Assembly (NCBI RefSeq): GCF_001194135.2
Contig: NC_068992.1
Coordinates: forward strand, 37,170,884 to 37,234,883
Direction: 5' to 3'
Length of the DNA: 64,000 nucleotides
DNA from: Octopus bimaculoides
Taxonomy: Eukaryota
The translations under genes and the position numbers were made by a program. Below, one piece after another: positions 50,868 through 64,000 of the stretch. The first letter of the stretch is position 1. Every line of letters begins with the position of its first letter. The notes under the pieces were generated by a model, which saw nothing but the letters and a program-made list of their open reading frames with translations, was not told where the DNA came from and made no database searches.

Positions 50868-53800
50868 TGTAGTGTGGCACAAGTAGCCAGTGCCATTTTG
50901 TATGAGATCTCGCTGGCAACCATTATCTTGTCCGAGACAAGAGCGAGATCTCACATACAACTGTTACCATGCACGACACCACAACAAGGCTCTCCTCGAC
51001 AACGGCTATTTAAGCAGGTGTGAAAAACATTCAACCTCTTAGTCTTCTCCAGGTTGCTTACGCTGAGCGACACAATGAAGCAGGCAGCTACAGTGGACTC
51101 TTACCCGCTCTAACCACATATGTTATTCTCTGGAGGTAATGTACCTTACATGAGTGGAAATATTACAAGCCATGTGCTGCCATGAAGATGGACACCTAGA
51201 ACGGGATACAAAATCAGGAATCACAATAAACGATTATTGAATTGCATCCGCTCCTGAGCTTCTTCTTTCGCCATCCAGCTCCTTACAACAGAAAATAATT
51301 ATAATGGGAGAAGGTGATACTCTACTGGTATCATGAATGGTGACCCCGACAGAAAAAGGATTTCAGCAGTCGCAAACATTATTGCATAGGTGCCTCAACC
51401 AAACCATGGACTGGTGGTTTTCACTCGCTCCCAACTAATAAACAAATCAATGGCCACAACTCCAGCCGTCCATCAACTTCCAGCAAGCCATCCGTCAACT
51501 TCCAGCAAGCCGACCATCAACTTCCAGTCATCATTCCTGTCTACCACAATATTCGGATTGCCTCATGTGGTGAAACAGAACATTACCAGTTCACCCCCCA
51601 TTTGTTGACGGTTTCTTAAACAACAGCAACAAAAAAAAAAAAGGAAAAAATACAAACAAACAAACAAAAAAAAAAGAAGCACACAAACATTTTTTTCAGT
51701 ACTGCAACAGGTTTGGCGACCAAAAACAGAATTTTTTCTTCCCTTTCATTGTGCACACAGTACCCCAAAACTTCAGAAATTTTGCTAAGAAAAAATTCTT
51801 TTTTCTCACACACATGTTTCTAGTTACAGAAGATTTGGGCACGTCAGATTCTTCCCTCAAATTTTCATCTCATCATGCTTTCTTTGTTAAGGATCGTGTG
51901 TCTAACAAATCATTCATGGTTGACACCAGATCCAGCTGTTCTATTTGGCCTTTGCCTCTTACTTCAGACAAGCCAAAGCAATTTGCCATTAACCTGCACA
52001 CGGTTAATCTATCCTCGATGAAAACTTATGGTCAGGTCTTATTACACCTAGATCTCAACCTTCGAAGGGATTTTAGGTAGGTTTTTGTTATAGCCGATCT
52101 ACCATATCCCATTCTGGGCACGGTCTTCTGAAACCACTTTCACTTATTAGTAGATGTCAGGTGACAGAGACTTGTGGACGATTCTATGTCTTCGTTTACA
52201 CCTACTTGGGTTACTACTAATGTTGTTTACAGCCCATCAGAGCTGGTGGATCCGACTTTCAAATCAGTCACAGTCACACACTCGACTTGCCATTATATCA
52301 CTACTTCTGGACCACCCATCTTTTCACGTCCACAGCAACTCACTCCTAATCGGCTCAAAAAGGCTCAATCTGAATTTGAGCAAATGCATCAACTCAGCCT
52401 TATTCACCCCTCCACCAGCCCTTGGGCAACTCCTCTACATTTGGCATGGAAAGGGGATTCAGGCTTTCACCCGGTGGGGGATTACAGACATTTAAATGCA
52501 GTCACTGTTCCCAATCACTATCCTATAAGGAATCTCAAGATTTTTCTGTAAACTTGCATGGTTGTACCATTTTTACCAAGGTTGACCTCATCTGAGCTTA
52601 TCATCAAATTCCAATGAACCTGACCTCATTCCCAAAACTGCCGTTACCACCCGCTTTGGAAGTTTCAAGTTCCTGTTTATGAGCTTCGGCTTGCGGAATG
52701 CAACGAGCACATTCCAGAGGTTTATCGATGAAGTTGTTTGTGGACTTGACTTTGTATTCACTTGCGTCGATGATTTGCTCATAGCTAGCGACACACATGA
52801 AAATCATCTCCAACACTCATCTCAACTTTTTCAGCCTCTTCACACCTACAATGTGCCCTTGCTTGCACATACGGTTCCTGATGCTCATCTCTCTTTAACA
52901 GTTGATGCATCGGATTCTGCAGTTGGTGCTGTTTTGCAACACACCATCAACAATCAAACTCGGCCTTTGGCATTTTTTTCTCGTCAATTACAGCCAGCTG
53001 AGCATCGTTAGAGTATGTTTGATGTTGAACTCTTAGCGATCTACCTGTCAATTCGTCACTTTTTACATCTGTTCAAGGGCCGGGATTTTGTGATTTATAC
53101 TGATCACAAGCCTCTTACATTTTCTCTGTCATCTAAATCAGATAAACACTCGCCTCATGCTTTTCATCACCTGGACTACATTACCCAGTACACGAGTGAC
53201 ATTCGGCATATACCTGGAAGAGAGAACATGCCTGCTGACACACTTTCTCATCTCCCTGTATGTTCTCTTTCATCTCCTGCTGCAATCAATTTAACTGCCA
53301 TTGCGCAGGATCAGCCAGCTATCCTGTTGCAAATTTGCCTATCTTCCATTTCCATCTACTGAAGGCACAATCCTTTGTGACACAGCGACCGGTTCTCCAA
53401 GACCGTTTGTACCTGCAAACCACCAGTGTTCTGTTTTCAATGCCTTGCATTCACTGTCACATCCTGGCATCACTGCCTTGGTGAAGCTTATTACGGCTCG
53501 GTCTTTCTGGCCTAATATATTTGCCAACTGATCACCACTTGGGCACACTCTTGTGTGAAATGCCAGCGTTCTAAAGTCCACAGACACATTCACGCACTTC
53601 TTGGACAGTTTTCTCTGTCACAGACTGGCTTTTGCCATGTCCTCATTGATCTGGTTGGGCCATGTCCTGTCAGTTGCAGTTTCTCTTACATACTGACATG
53701 CATTGATCGTTTCTCTCATTGGCCTAAGGCCATTCCAATAGTGGACATTTCTGCTGAGTCAGTTGCTCGCGCTTTCGTTTCTAACTGGATTGCTCGCTTT

Positions 53801-55374
53801 GGTGTCCCAGCTAAAATAACCACTGATCATGGATGCCAGTTCAAAGTTTCCTTCATTTCGTGAATTGTCACGAATCCTAGGCATTCATCACATTCGTACA
53901 ACCAGCTACCATCCAGCTTCCAACGGGATGGTCGAACGTTTTCACAGGCAACTAAAGGCTGCTCTATGCACCACTTCTGATCCACAGTCTTGGACAGAAT
54001 TCCTGCCTATCGTTCTTCTTCATTGTTGCACTGCTGTTAAAGCAGACTTAGGTTTCTCCTCTGCTGAACTCCTTTACGGAACCATCCTGGCACTCCCTGG
54101 TACAATGTTGGCGCCAGACAATTCATCGCATCCTAGTCCAACGTCGTATGTCCCCAGACTTCGCTCATATTTCTCAAGTTTTCCATCCATGCATCCGCAT
54201 GACTAGTCTATTTCCTCTCATGTCCCACCGGACATTGACAAATGGACTCATGTCCTTATAAAGGACCATTTCTCCTTATAAAGGACCATTTTGTGTGCTA
54301 TCATGCACACCCAAAACTTTTAGTCTCGACATCAATGGTCGGGTGTCCACACCCTTCAATGACACCCCAGCCACGCCTACTTTTGATCCTTTACACCCAC
54401 CTGTACGTGCACCTTTGACCACACCATCACCTACACTTCCACCTTCGTCACCACTACTTAACATGAATAAACTCTATGTCACCAGGACAGGCCAAACTGT
54501 GCCTTGGTCAAAAAAACTCACCAGAGCTATTTACATCTAACCTTTTTTTTGTCTTATGACAGACAATTCTTTTCTTGTGTGCTGAACAATTCCAATGCCT
54601 TGCCATTGAACTTTGTCAAATATTTTGTGCATGCTCCTTTTATATTGCTTGTAATTATTCTTCTCAACTTATCACATTTTGTATTATATTTTGTACCTCA
54701 TCTTGTTGTTTGTGATCGGTGGCCATCTTTGTTTTCTTGTGCTTGCTCCAGTCATTCTAATTTCGCACTANNNNNNNNNNNNNNNNNNNNNNNNNNNNNN
54801 NNNNNNNNNNNNNNNNNNNNNNNNNNNNNNNNNNNNNNNNNNNNNNNNNNNNNNNNNNNNNNNNNNNNNNNNNNNNNNNNNNNNNNNNNNNNNNNNNNNN
54901 NNNNNNNNGTGGCATGGCACAAGTAGCCAGCGCCATTTTGTACGAGATCTCGCTGGTAACCATTATCTTGTTTGAGACAAGAGCGAGATCTCACATACAA
55001 CTGTTACCATGCGCGACTCAACAACAAGGCTCTCCTCGACAACGGCTATTTAAGCAGGTATGAAAAACATTCAACCTCTTAGTCTTCTCCAAGTTGCTTA
55101 CGCTGAGGGACACAATGAAGCAGGCAGCTACAGCGGACTCTAACCCGTTCTAACCACATATGTTATTCTCTAGAGGTAATGTACCTCACATGAGTGGAGA
55201 TATCACGCCATGTGCTGCCATGAAGATGGACATCTAGAATGGGACACAAGATCGGGAATCACAATAAATGATTATTGAATTGCATCCGCTTGTGAGCTTC
55301 TTCTTTTGCCATCTAGATCCTTAAGACAGAAAATAATTATAATGGGAGAAGGTGATACTCTACCAGTATCATGA
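50868..55374 (+). mobile_element. Ty3/Gypsy LTR retrotransposon, CsRn1-type, with gag and RT-RH deletions
   Basis: LTRs 50868-51336 and ~54908-55374 (~36 differences in ~467 nt by eye); PBS TGGTGACCCCGAC at 51338-51350; candidate 4-bp TSD ACCT; protease FMVDT, RT CVDD, RH VDASDSAVGAVLQ, integrase HPASNGMVERFHRQLKAAL. Confidence 0.93.
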
Positions 55375-56139
55375 ACCTTTCCTTTCCCTTATAACCTGAT
55401 ATTGTAACCCCAGCATACTTTTCTGGTCAAATGCTTTAGTGCTAATAGCATACTTAATTAGTTAGGATTCTAAAGAGTTTCTCTACTCATTTTCTTTCAT
55501 TTCAAATTCTTTTACATTTTCTAACTATTTTTTAATTATTGTATTAATCTTCTTCACCCCCTTTTAAAAGTACTGTCATTTTAACTTTCCTCCTGTTACT
55601 ATATTATATAATATTATGGTTTGTTTATGAATTCTGTTTATCTGTATTATTAACAGGAAACTGATTATCTTAATATAGAGTCAATAATGAATTGTTCTTT
55701 CTTTAGCAAGTCTTCAATTTGTCCATGTTTTTGTCACAACATATAACTCCTTCCCTCCACTAACATTTCAAAATGTAGTAGTAATTTTTAATACAGTATT
55801 CCCAGTTGCCTGCAACAACCCAAGCAATATAGGAAGATATCAGATTTCAATTCATTTCATGGTCAAATTTACAATTCTGTGATTCCTATTACTTTTACAG
55901 CTCCCCTTCCCTGTTGCCTTTGTGGCACTGGTCAGCTATTTGCTTAAAATGACTTAGTTTTCAAATAATACCATTTTGATCAAATTCCTTTCTTTTGGCA
56001 GTCAGTTTATTGTGGCTCTGAGAAAGATAAAGGTGTGAGACTGTTCTCTGTTTTTTTCAGTAGAACAGTTAAGGATTGATTTATCAATATAATTGAACTA
56101 TGGAACTAGACACCTTCAATATTTATCCAGAAACATATG

Positions 56140-58540
56140 TAAGCCTTTAATATACGCATAAAATCTATTACCTGTGTATATTTTTGTAGCATGATGGAGG
56201 AAAAAGACAACAGAAAAATAAGCAAAAGGGAGAAAGAAATACAGAGACCTTACCTGTTGACCATGGCGGGATGGGCGATCACTGACCAGATAAAAACATA
56301 ACCTTTCACACGTGTCATCTCTCATCGAACTGCCTGCACGTGCTTTGTGCCCATGCATGCCCTTGTGGCTCTTCCGCCGGTCCCTGCAGTCTTCACTTCC
56401 TCATCTGCAATCCTCTCCACCAACACCACATAGCTCATCACAGTCCATAACACCACAAACACCATATGCCCCACTGATCTACAGATCACTCAACAGGCTT
56501 TCCTACTCACTCCTCGCTCCCAAACTTACACCTTAACTGGTTTCATAATCAGCCAACCAGGGAGGAGGGTGCTGCTCCCTCTGTGGTCATTGTGCGACCC
56601 CAGGACTGGCTTGAGTTCCTGGCATGCTGCTGCTGGCTTCATCATCTTGCCTACTTCTGCTTTCTTGATCTTCTTGCCTACTGTTGCTGTCTTCATCTTT
56701 TTGCCCACTGCTGCTGGTTTCATCCTCTGAGGCATTGACAATCTTCCGCACATCCAAAACATGGCATGGCATACCATCGACAGAGATGTTGTTCTTCGAA
56801 TTGATGGAGGTTATTGTTCCCTTTCCCCATCATGATGTACACCGTGCATTTGGGGGTTTTACCCAAACTTCTTCCCTGACCTGCACGATGGCATGCTCTT
56901 CCTCTCCCCCGGGTCACATTGATGCAGTACACAGATGCCTCCACTCATACCTGAATATTGCCTTGTGTGGCACCGTCTCCTCAGCTTGTCTTGACCTGGG
57001 TGACATATTGTACCAAAATACGGGCTCAATTGGTGACATGTGGCCCCTCTCTGCCAAGGTCTTGATGGTACGATGATGCCTTTCCACCACTCCATTTTCA
57101 CTTGGCTGGTATGCCGCCCTGAAGAAGCAGCTGACTTGCCACCCATCAAGCATTTCTTTCAGCACCTTCGAGCGAAATGCAGGGCCATTATCCAGAAGTA
57201 GCTCATCCATGAGGCCTCGTTCCAGGAATATCTCATTTAATACTCTCGCGATTTCCTCTGCAGTCCCCGTCTTCATCTCCCTCCATGTGGCCAACCGACC
57301 CGGTCCACAGTCAACTATTGACCACATGAAATGGAGCAATCATGTCACACATGGATAGTACAAGGAATTGTGGAGCTGTATAAGGTCCAAAGAGGGTAGA
57401 AGAGTCTGCAGCTTTGTTCTCCTTACCTGGTTGGAAAACAGCGTTATATTTGAAACAAGATAGCTCAATCCTCCACTGTAGCATCTTGTCATTTTTGACT
57501 TTACCTTTGTGCTCATTGTTGCATATGAAAGCCATTGATTGGTCACTAACTGAAAATCAACATTGATAAGGTAGTGCTTCCATTTACTAAGAGCTTCAAT
57601 GATGGTGTAGGTTTCTTTTTCAACCAAAGAAAGGTTCTGTTCACTACAAGTAAGGTTGTCCATTCTGGTTTAAGATGGTGGCAATAGCAATATCTTAAGC
57701 ATCTGTCTCCACAACCAAGGGCACTTGATGATCAATGGTGACCAAAACAGTGCCTTTGAACTTTGACTTGGGGTTTTCCAATGACTGTTCAACAACATCA
57801 GGGAGGGAAAAAGTTTTATTGTGTACCAAGAGTGCAATTTTGTCTGAGAAATGGGAGATCCAGTGAAAATAATAAGCAAACATCCCAATGATCCTCTTTT
57901 GTGCTTTGGCATTTTGAAGAGATGGTTGCTCACATAAGCAGCAGAATCATTCTGGATCCAGTCTGATTACCCCTTTGGACTTTTCATAACTAAGAAGCTT
58001 GATAGTCCAGGCAGCAACGACTATTTCTTATCATTGAAGGGGAACCCATGTGTCTTTATGACTTGTAGGAATCTTTCACAGTTCTCATCATGTTCTCTTC
58101 TGTTGCACTTGCATATTGTGACATTGTCAACGCAGGTGAAGGTATCCTTGTGTTTTGTTTGTTTGATAAGATTTTCAATGATATGTTGAAAACAAGCTAT
58201 ATCATTTATGTCTCCAGACAGTATACATCCTTCAAATGCCATGATTTTTTTATTATCTTTGCATATAGGAATCTGATGACAAGCACTCTTAAGATCAAAA
58301 ATAGTGAATATCTCATAACAAGATATTTTCTCAACCAGTTCATCGATGCGTGGCACAGGGTAAGCATCAAGTTGTGTTTATAGATTGATTGTCTGGCTAT
58401 AATTGATGACCATTCATCTTTTGTGTGACTCATCACATGGAGTAATTGTAAACTCAGTGTACTCATGATGTTATTAAACACACAAGATGTATTCATTTCT
58501 CTCTTTACTTTCAGTAGTTGTCTGAGTAGCAAGATGTAGC
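56140..58540 (-). mobile_element. Truncated Gypsy pol remnant (RT, RNase H, integrase) with probable 3' LTR
   Basis: YNLMLTL/MPRIDELV, TCVDNVTIC, LVVETDA, LSLVEKE, LLLDNGPAFRS and SENGVVERHHRTIK; LTR-like segment with ATTAAA at ~56140-56410; no 5' LTR seen. Confidence 0.8.
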
Positions 58541-59174
58541 ACTCAAATATACTTTGGACTAATTTTAAGCCTCTACCCCCATCCCACCATTTAATATAGA
58601 CCTTGTCAATGTTTGGTGTGGAAGTTACCAGTCAATGTTAGTATTTTCCTAGTCCTAATGTCCAAGCTGCAAATTTCTTTGAGTGCTCAATTTGAAATGC
58701 CAAATAGGACTGTAAAAGCATAGTAGGATAGTTTTATTGAATACAGATAGCTCTAGCTTCCATAACTTGCAATCTATGCTGAAGTATTCTTTTGTCACTC
58801 TAGTTTTACACATAGAACAAACATATGCAATATTCATATCACATATCAGTCAATAATCTTACTTCATTTAACTAAATATGAATACATGTATGAATGTGTG
58901 TGTATGTAAATATGTATATATATATCCTCAAACAGACTCCACAGACAGGTATTGGTCTGCATCAGCAAGACTTGCATCATTTAGTGAAATTGATAAAAAG
59001 AGTACAATGACTTGCTGTGGCATGTGGAAAATCCAACATTTCAGACAGAGTCTGTCTTCAGAGAATTAATGAGAGACAGCAGTCTTACATAACTGAAGTA
59101 TTCATGTATGTATTACATACATTTGGTAAATATAGTGTATTACAAGATAATAATTACTTAATATATGAGAAAGG

Positions 59175-59351
59175 CTAGGCATAGGAGTGGCTGTGTGGTA
59201 AGTAGCTTGCTTACAAACCACATGGTTCCAGGTTCAGTCCCACTGCGTGGCACCTTGGGTGAGTGTCTTCTACTATAGCCTCGGGCAGACCAAAGCCTTG
59301 TGAGTGGATTTGGTAGACGGAAACTGAAAGAAGCCCCGCATTGAATATGTG

Positions 59352-59430
<79 letters not shown>

Positions 59431-59650
59431 ATGTTTGTGTGTCTGTGTTTGTCCCCCAACATCGCTTGACAACCGATGCTGGTGTATTTATGTCCCCGTA
59501 AATTAGTGGTTTGGCAAAAGAGACCAATAAAATAAGTACTAGGCTTACAAAGAATAAGTCCTGGGGTCGATTTGCTCGACTAAAGGCGGTGCTCCAGCAT
59601 GGCTGCAGTCAAATGACTGAAACAAGAAAAAGAGTAAAGAGTAAAGAGTA
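59175..59650 (+). mobile_element. Same SINE family, full-length, relatively young
   Basis: ggcataggagtggctgtgtggtaagtagc...(GT)n...gcggtgctccagcatggctgcagtcaaatgactgaaacaag. Confidence 0.9.
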
Positions 59651-59999
59651 TATGCAATGAAGAAGAAAGCAAGACATCAATCTGTTTCACTGAAGAGACA
59701 ACTTGTGTAATCATGTGACTTTGATTTCCACATATAACTAGAGATAGAGGGGTGAAGAAACTGGATGATGGTGGTAATAATGATGGTGGCTTTGATGATA
59801 TAAATATGTTCATCATGATGAGGATAATGACAACGGGGATGGCTTTCAACTTTTCAAATAATCTACAAATTCTAATAGGCCCATGATTATTACTGATAAT
59901 ATATTTAAAATAGTTCTAAAATGTGTGACAAATGTCCTTCAGACTCAAAAAAGAAGAGCATCTTGAATGTACAACAAAGTCAATGTTGAACTTTATTAC

Positions 60000-60227
60000 C
60001 TTAATCTTGAGTTTATATACTTCTATATTGTCTGCTCTTGTCTGTCTTAAAAGAGCCTTGTATCGCTGAACTCTCAAATGTACTGTCCATGCAACAACAA
60101 CAATGCTAGAAGCCCACTTTTTCCGCTGGTACTCAAGGAATTTTTTTCTGTCTTTCATTCTTCGCCAGTTGCTTTGTATAGTAATGGCTGCATATATTTT
60201 ACCATGTGGACCACAGTATTTACGACC
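60000..60227 (-). CDS. IQCH: IQCH coding exon carrying the IQ motif (first visible exon, phase 0/0)
   Basis: tttacag acceptor and gtaata donor; 76 codons GRKYCGPHGKIYAAITIQSNWRRMKDRKKFLEYQRKKWASSIVVVAW...YKLKIK. IQxxWRxxxxRK motif; resembles vertebrate IQCH AAMKIQATWK...QKWASGVIAIAW as I recall it. Confidence 0.92.
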
Positions 60228-60659
60228 CTGTAAACAGTTAGGAAGGAAGAGAAAGAAAAAAAACAGAGATTCTATTTAATTATCAAGATTATTGTACTAC
60301 AGTATATTACACGCATAATATAAGAAAAGCTTCTCGACTGAAAATTATATAGAATTGACTGAGAAAGATAGTGATGTCACATGGAAATGAATGGAGCTAT
60401 CCATAGTTTACTATTGGATTTATTGTATTCATGACCTAACGTCTCTGTCATACTTGACAAAAACTAAAAACTTAAAAAGTAAAAAATCTACTATAAAATT
60501 TTCTGTAGCAATTCAAGTGTCAGAATGTAAAGGTAATTTTACAGTTTCAACAAAACTAATTTCTTTAACAACCATTAGATGTTTTTTCTTTAAACAATTA
60601 TTTCACATCTTCAACAGAATTCTAGTCATTTAATATTTCATATTAATAAGGTGGTGAAC

Positions 60660-60845
60660 TGTGTTGAGAAAGACACTTAGTGATATTTAATCTGTCTTTA
60701 CATTCTGAGTTCAAATTCCACTGAGGTTGACTTCACCTTTCACCTTTTTGGGGTTATTTAAAATAAGTACCAGTTAAATACTGGGGTTGTAATTGATTTA
60801 CTCCTTCCCCGGAAAATGCTGACTTATGCCAAAGTTTGAAATAAA
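60660..60845 (+). mobile_element. Third SINE family (CORE-like); antisense copy at ~15740-15910
   Basis: gagttcaaattcc...gaggttgacttcacctttcacc...aaaataagtaccagtt shared between copies. Confidence 0.65.
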
Positions 60846-61269
60846 TATTTTAATTTAATTTGTGGCAAACACTTAAAACAAGACATCAGCTTTTGATTCT
60901 CAATTGATACGCATTTACTTCAATTATGCTGCTTTAGTAAATGCAATAATATCACAATTTCCAATTTTCTTTTGAACTATATGTACGACTAAACTGCTTT
61001 TCAAAACTATGAAGCCAGAGCACTGTCTGTTTTTACTGGTGAACTATACTGCCCAAATTCATAAAACTCACCTCTAAGTAAGAAATGGAATAGAAGAAGG
61101 CATTGCAATATTCAGATTCATTGAAATTCAAAAATAAATTAGATAATTAAAAAAAACATACAGAGCCAGAAACCCCCTGCTCAAAACTATAACACCAGGT
61201 TGAATAATGTAAAAAATAATGCAAAACAGGGAAATTATGTTATATTTCAATGATATTCTCATGCAATAC

Positions 61270-61490
61270 ATCGACAATAGTGTTTTTGACCACCGCCTTT
61301 CTAAATCACTTCAAAAACATGCGATTTCATGCTCCCAATCAACTTCTGCTGCAGATCGAATGGAAGCTCTTCTGAGGTCTTCTTTATTGCCATTTCAAGT
61401 TCATCAGCAGGTGAATATTGCTTGTCTTCACTGTAGACAACATTTGTGAGATATCCTCAGGCATTCTCTGTAGCATGGGTCAGGGAACTT
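61270..61490 (-). mobile_element. Tc1 transposase C-terminal remnant
   Basis: VVYSEDKQYSPADELEMAIKKTSEELPFDLQQKLIGSMKSHVFEVI*KGGG. Confidence 0.65.
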
Positions 61491-61689
61491 TTTTAACCAA
61501 TTACTCCAAAATATATTTATTTATGTTGACATTACTTTTGAAAGGAAGATCATTGATTCTTTGAATTCAAAAGGTTTATTGAATCTATTTATATGGAAAA
61601 TACAATTATAAATATAAAAAGTATAAAACAAATTCAATAAAATAAATTAATATCCTCATTGTGAAACAAAAGGATTTTTCTTGAATCTT

Positions 61690-61910
61690 ATACACTTCAG
61701 GTTTTGGAGAAATGATGTTGTTTCATTTTTGTTACAGTTACATCAAAACCAGGGCATTTTGATGCCAGAGCAATTAGGATACAGTCTTCAGGGTCCAGTT
61801 GATTACTCTGTTTTGTTTTTATGTTCATTAGAGTGGAAATTCTTTGTTTTCAAAGGCAGGTTGTTGCAAAAGGCAGAAACTTTTTGACTGCCTCCTCATG
61901 CCAGAAGAAA
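61690..61910 (-). mobile_element. hAT (Charlie/ZBED5-like) dimerisation-domain remnant
   Basis: AVKKFLPFATTCL...STLMNIKTKQSNQLDPEDCILIAL. Confidence 0.65.
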
Positions 61911-62199
61911 AATTTCTATTGTAACATAGAGCACATTTTTTTGTATAATTTTACTTATGTCTAATGAGTTCTCATTACTCCCAAGAATTTCATTTTTACC
62001 CCACTTAGGGTAATTTACCCCTGTTCGCCGACCCATGGACTACAGAATAAAGGTCAGGATTTCTTGCTGGCCATGGAATGACTTCAACCTCAATTGCATG
62101 GAGGAAATCCAAAGTTACCTTTGCTTTATGAATAGGAGCAGTGTCCTGTTGAAATTATGAAATTCTCACCATGGAGCCTTTTTCCTTCTTCATCAATGT

Positions 62200-62800
62200 G
62201 AGCCCCATCCAACATATCAATGTATCATGCAGCATTGAGACAGCCATCAATGATGACAAGTGGCATCTTCCCAGTGTCTTCTCATTGTTCCCCACACCAT
62301 AAGAACTCTTCTGCTGTTTTGTCACTTGAAATAAGTAGAATCTTGTATACATCTATCTTCCCAGTAATAAATGTCCCCATCGGAGACATCTAATTTCCAT
62401 TTTTTCTCATTAGAGAACAGAACCCTGGTCCATTTACGGAACCTTGGTGGACCCCTACCTCTACCCGGAATTCATCACTGTACTCATTGCCAACCCTCAC
62501 CTTACTGACAGCATCTCTGTACATGGCTTGCACAGCTCTCACTAACCATTCTTCTATCCCAAGTTTCCTCATTGACCACCAGATGCTGGATCGGTGGACC
62601 CTGTCAAAGGCTTTCTCCATGTCAACAAAAGCCAGGTACAGAGGTTATCCTTGGCTAGGTATTTCTCCTGCAGCTGTCTTACCAGAAATATAGCATCAGT
62701 GGTGCTTTTCCCTGGCACGAACCCAAATTTCATCTCATCTAAACTGATTCGCTCCCTAATTAGTTGAGCTATGACCCTCTCCATGACTTTCATTACCTGA
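62200..62800 (-). mobile_element. RTE LINE RT core fragment
   Basis: QFG-like FGFVPGKSTTDAIFLVRQLQEKYL, DMEKAFDRV, VEVGVHQGS. Confidence 0.9.
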
Positions 62801-63104
62801 TCTAACAGCTTGATATATATATATTAATAACATTGATAATGAAGAAGAGAGCAGAGTTTTATTCACATCCAAATTTTCTTTATTTAAAAGTTTTCTACAG
62901 CATATACACCTGACCCACATATATTTTGACTGCAGTGACTGCACATTGTTTTGTATGCAATTATACATTTTAGTCATGGCAATTTCATCAAGAGTCCATC
63001 ATTCACAATGTTTTCAAAATGAACTGATTCAAACAAGCATCCTGCATTGGTATTCAGTTGAAGGTAATAGTGTTACTATTTATATTTGATGGAATACTGG
63101 TCTT

Positions 63105-63355
63105 ATATTTATACTAATATTACTAATAATAATAATAATAACAATAATATTGAGGGTATAAACCCAAAATAACTAAAACCTCTGCTGGTATTACAGTTGA
63201 AGCATGGCTATAAAAAAATATTTATTCAGATTTCAGTTAATCCTAGCAGTTTTGTTTACATATTACTGTATGGAGTACATTATTTACTTATTTTGGGTTT
63301 ATACTCTCAATATTATTGTTATTATTAGTAGTAGTAGTAATATTAGTATAAATAT
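63105..63355. repeat. ~70-bp inverted repeat just downstream of the GIY-YIG remnant
   Basis: atatttatactaatatt...attgagggtataaacccaaaataa pairs with ttattttgggtttatactctcaatatt...aatattagtataaatat. Confidence 0.85.
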
Positions 63356-63389
63356 CATTTATTACTATAATCATTATTGTAACTAGCAT

Positions 63390-63890
63390 AATTACTATAA
63401 ATGGTGAGTTGTGTTTATTTAAATTGTTTAAATGTATATTTTTTCAAGTGTGGACATCTTAGAACCTGTTCATGTCTTGTGTTTATAAGAGTAAACTTAG
63501 AAGTGAAAATACGGTACCTTTCTTCTACACAAAAGTTGCATCTATTATCACCTATTCTATAAGGTTTTACCTTACTAATTATTTCCCAGTCAATGGAATA
63601 TACTTTGTTACTATCTTTTAGTGCCTAAATTAGTTTACTAAGGCTAACAGTATTCATTTTGTCCCTATATCTAAACAAATTTAAATGATTAGCAACTCTT
63701 TGTTTGATATAACATGATCTAGCTCCAATATAGAAGTACTCCCTATTCTTTGAGGTAACCTTACATATGTATACAATAGTTTCATACCTACAATTAGAGT
63801 TAAGCAGGCAAATCCTGTTCCTTGTGAAATTGCATTCGATAGTTCTACTGCTTCCATTAATAGTTTCGACTTCAGTTTCACAGGAGGTAA
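63390..63890 (-). mobile_element. Penelope-like GIY-YIG remnant
   Basis: CNFTRNRICLLNSNCRYETIVYICKVTSKNREYFYIGARSCYIKQRVANH...SLSKLI*ALKDSNKVYSIDWEII...CNFCVEERYRI. Confidence 0.85.
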
Positions 63891-64000
63891 TTTCTAAATT
63901 CTCCTATGTATCTTCTGAAGTATTACTCTTTCCCACTTAGATAACATTCTGAGTACTGCGTTGTCTAGGATTCACACCTTCCCTTCCAGGCTAATGCAGG

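Noticed and set aside
3498-54975. Long ORFs of X residues, and HTHT/YIYI/CVCV ORFs
   Set aside because: Artefacts of N-gaps and dinucleotide microsatellites.
58655-58837. ORF ending STQRNLQLGH, resembling IQCH TQQNMQLGR
   Set aside because: The true exon is at 26938-27088; this frame stops and has no donor.
59029-59067. CTGAAGA-CAGAC-tct-GTCT-GAAA on the minus strand
   Set aside because: Helix I is weak, helix III needs assumed mutations, and there is no repeat context; could be chance.
63681-63881. ORF MKLKSKLL...LELDHVISNKELLII as an upstream IQCH exon
   Set aside because: An overlapping frame is a clear GIY-YIG endonuclease, and there is no fitting splice site.
1-64000. CRISPR arrays, operons or other prokaryotic systems
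   Set aside because: No regular repeat-spacer arrays; the sequence is clearly a spliced eukaryotic locus.

Overview
AT-rich, microsatellite- and transposon-dense animal genomic DNA with nine N-gaps. The SINE and RTE-LINE families point to an octopod cephalopod (inferred from repeat recognition, not from a search). The one host gene is IQCH on the minus strand: seven internal coding exons (60227-60000, 27088-26938, 21472-21297, 17904-17632, 10702-10517, 10395-10275, 8713-8439) with GT-AG ends splice in phase into 470 codons. The 5' and 3' exons are not visible. Almost everything else is intronic mobile DNA: a nested stack (RTE LINE > mariner, and RTE LINE > Gypsy > hAT + SINE), a CsRn1-type Gypsy with tRNA-Trp PBS, a third Gypsy remnant, mariner/Tc1 copies, five Penelope-like GIY-YIG remnants and many SINEs. 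The most interesting signal lies outside the ORF track: at least six type I hammerhead-ribozyme-like motifs, plus one weaker candidate. Two sit in a ~356-bp tandem repeat that would release a 359-nt retrozyme-like monomer, one intact minimal motif sits in the loop of a 60-bp hairpin, and three long-stem-II motifs trace to a shared ACGCGCGT palindrome by CpG decay. There is also a decayed tandem copy of an IQCH exon. All structures were read by eye; none is experimentally or computationally confirmed.
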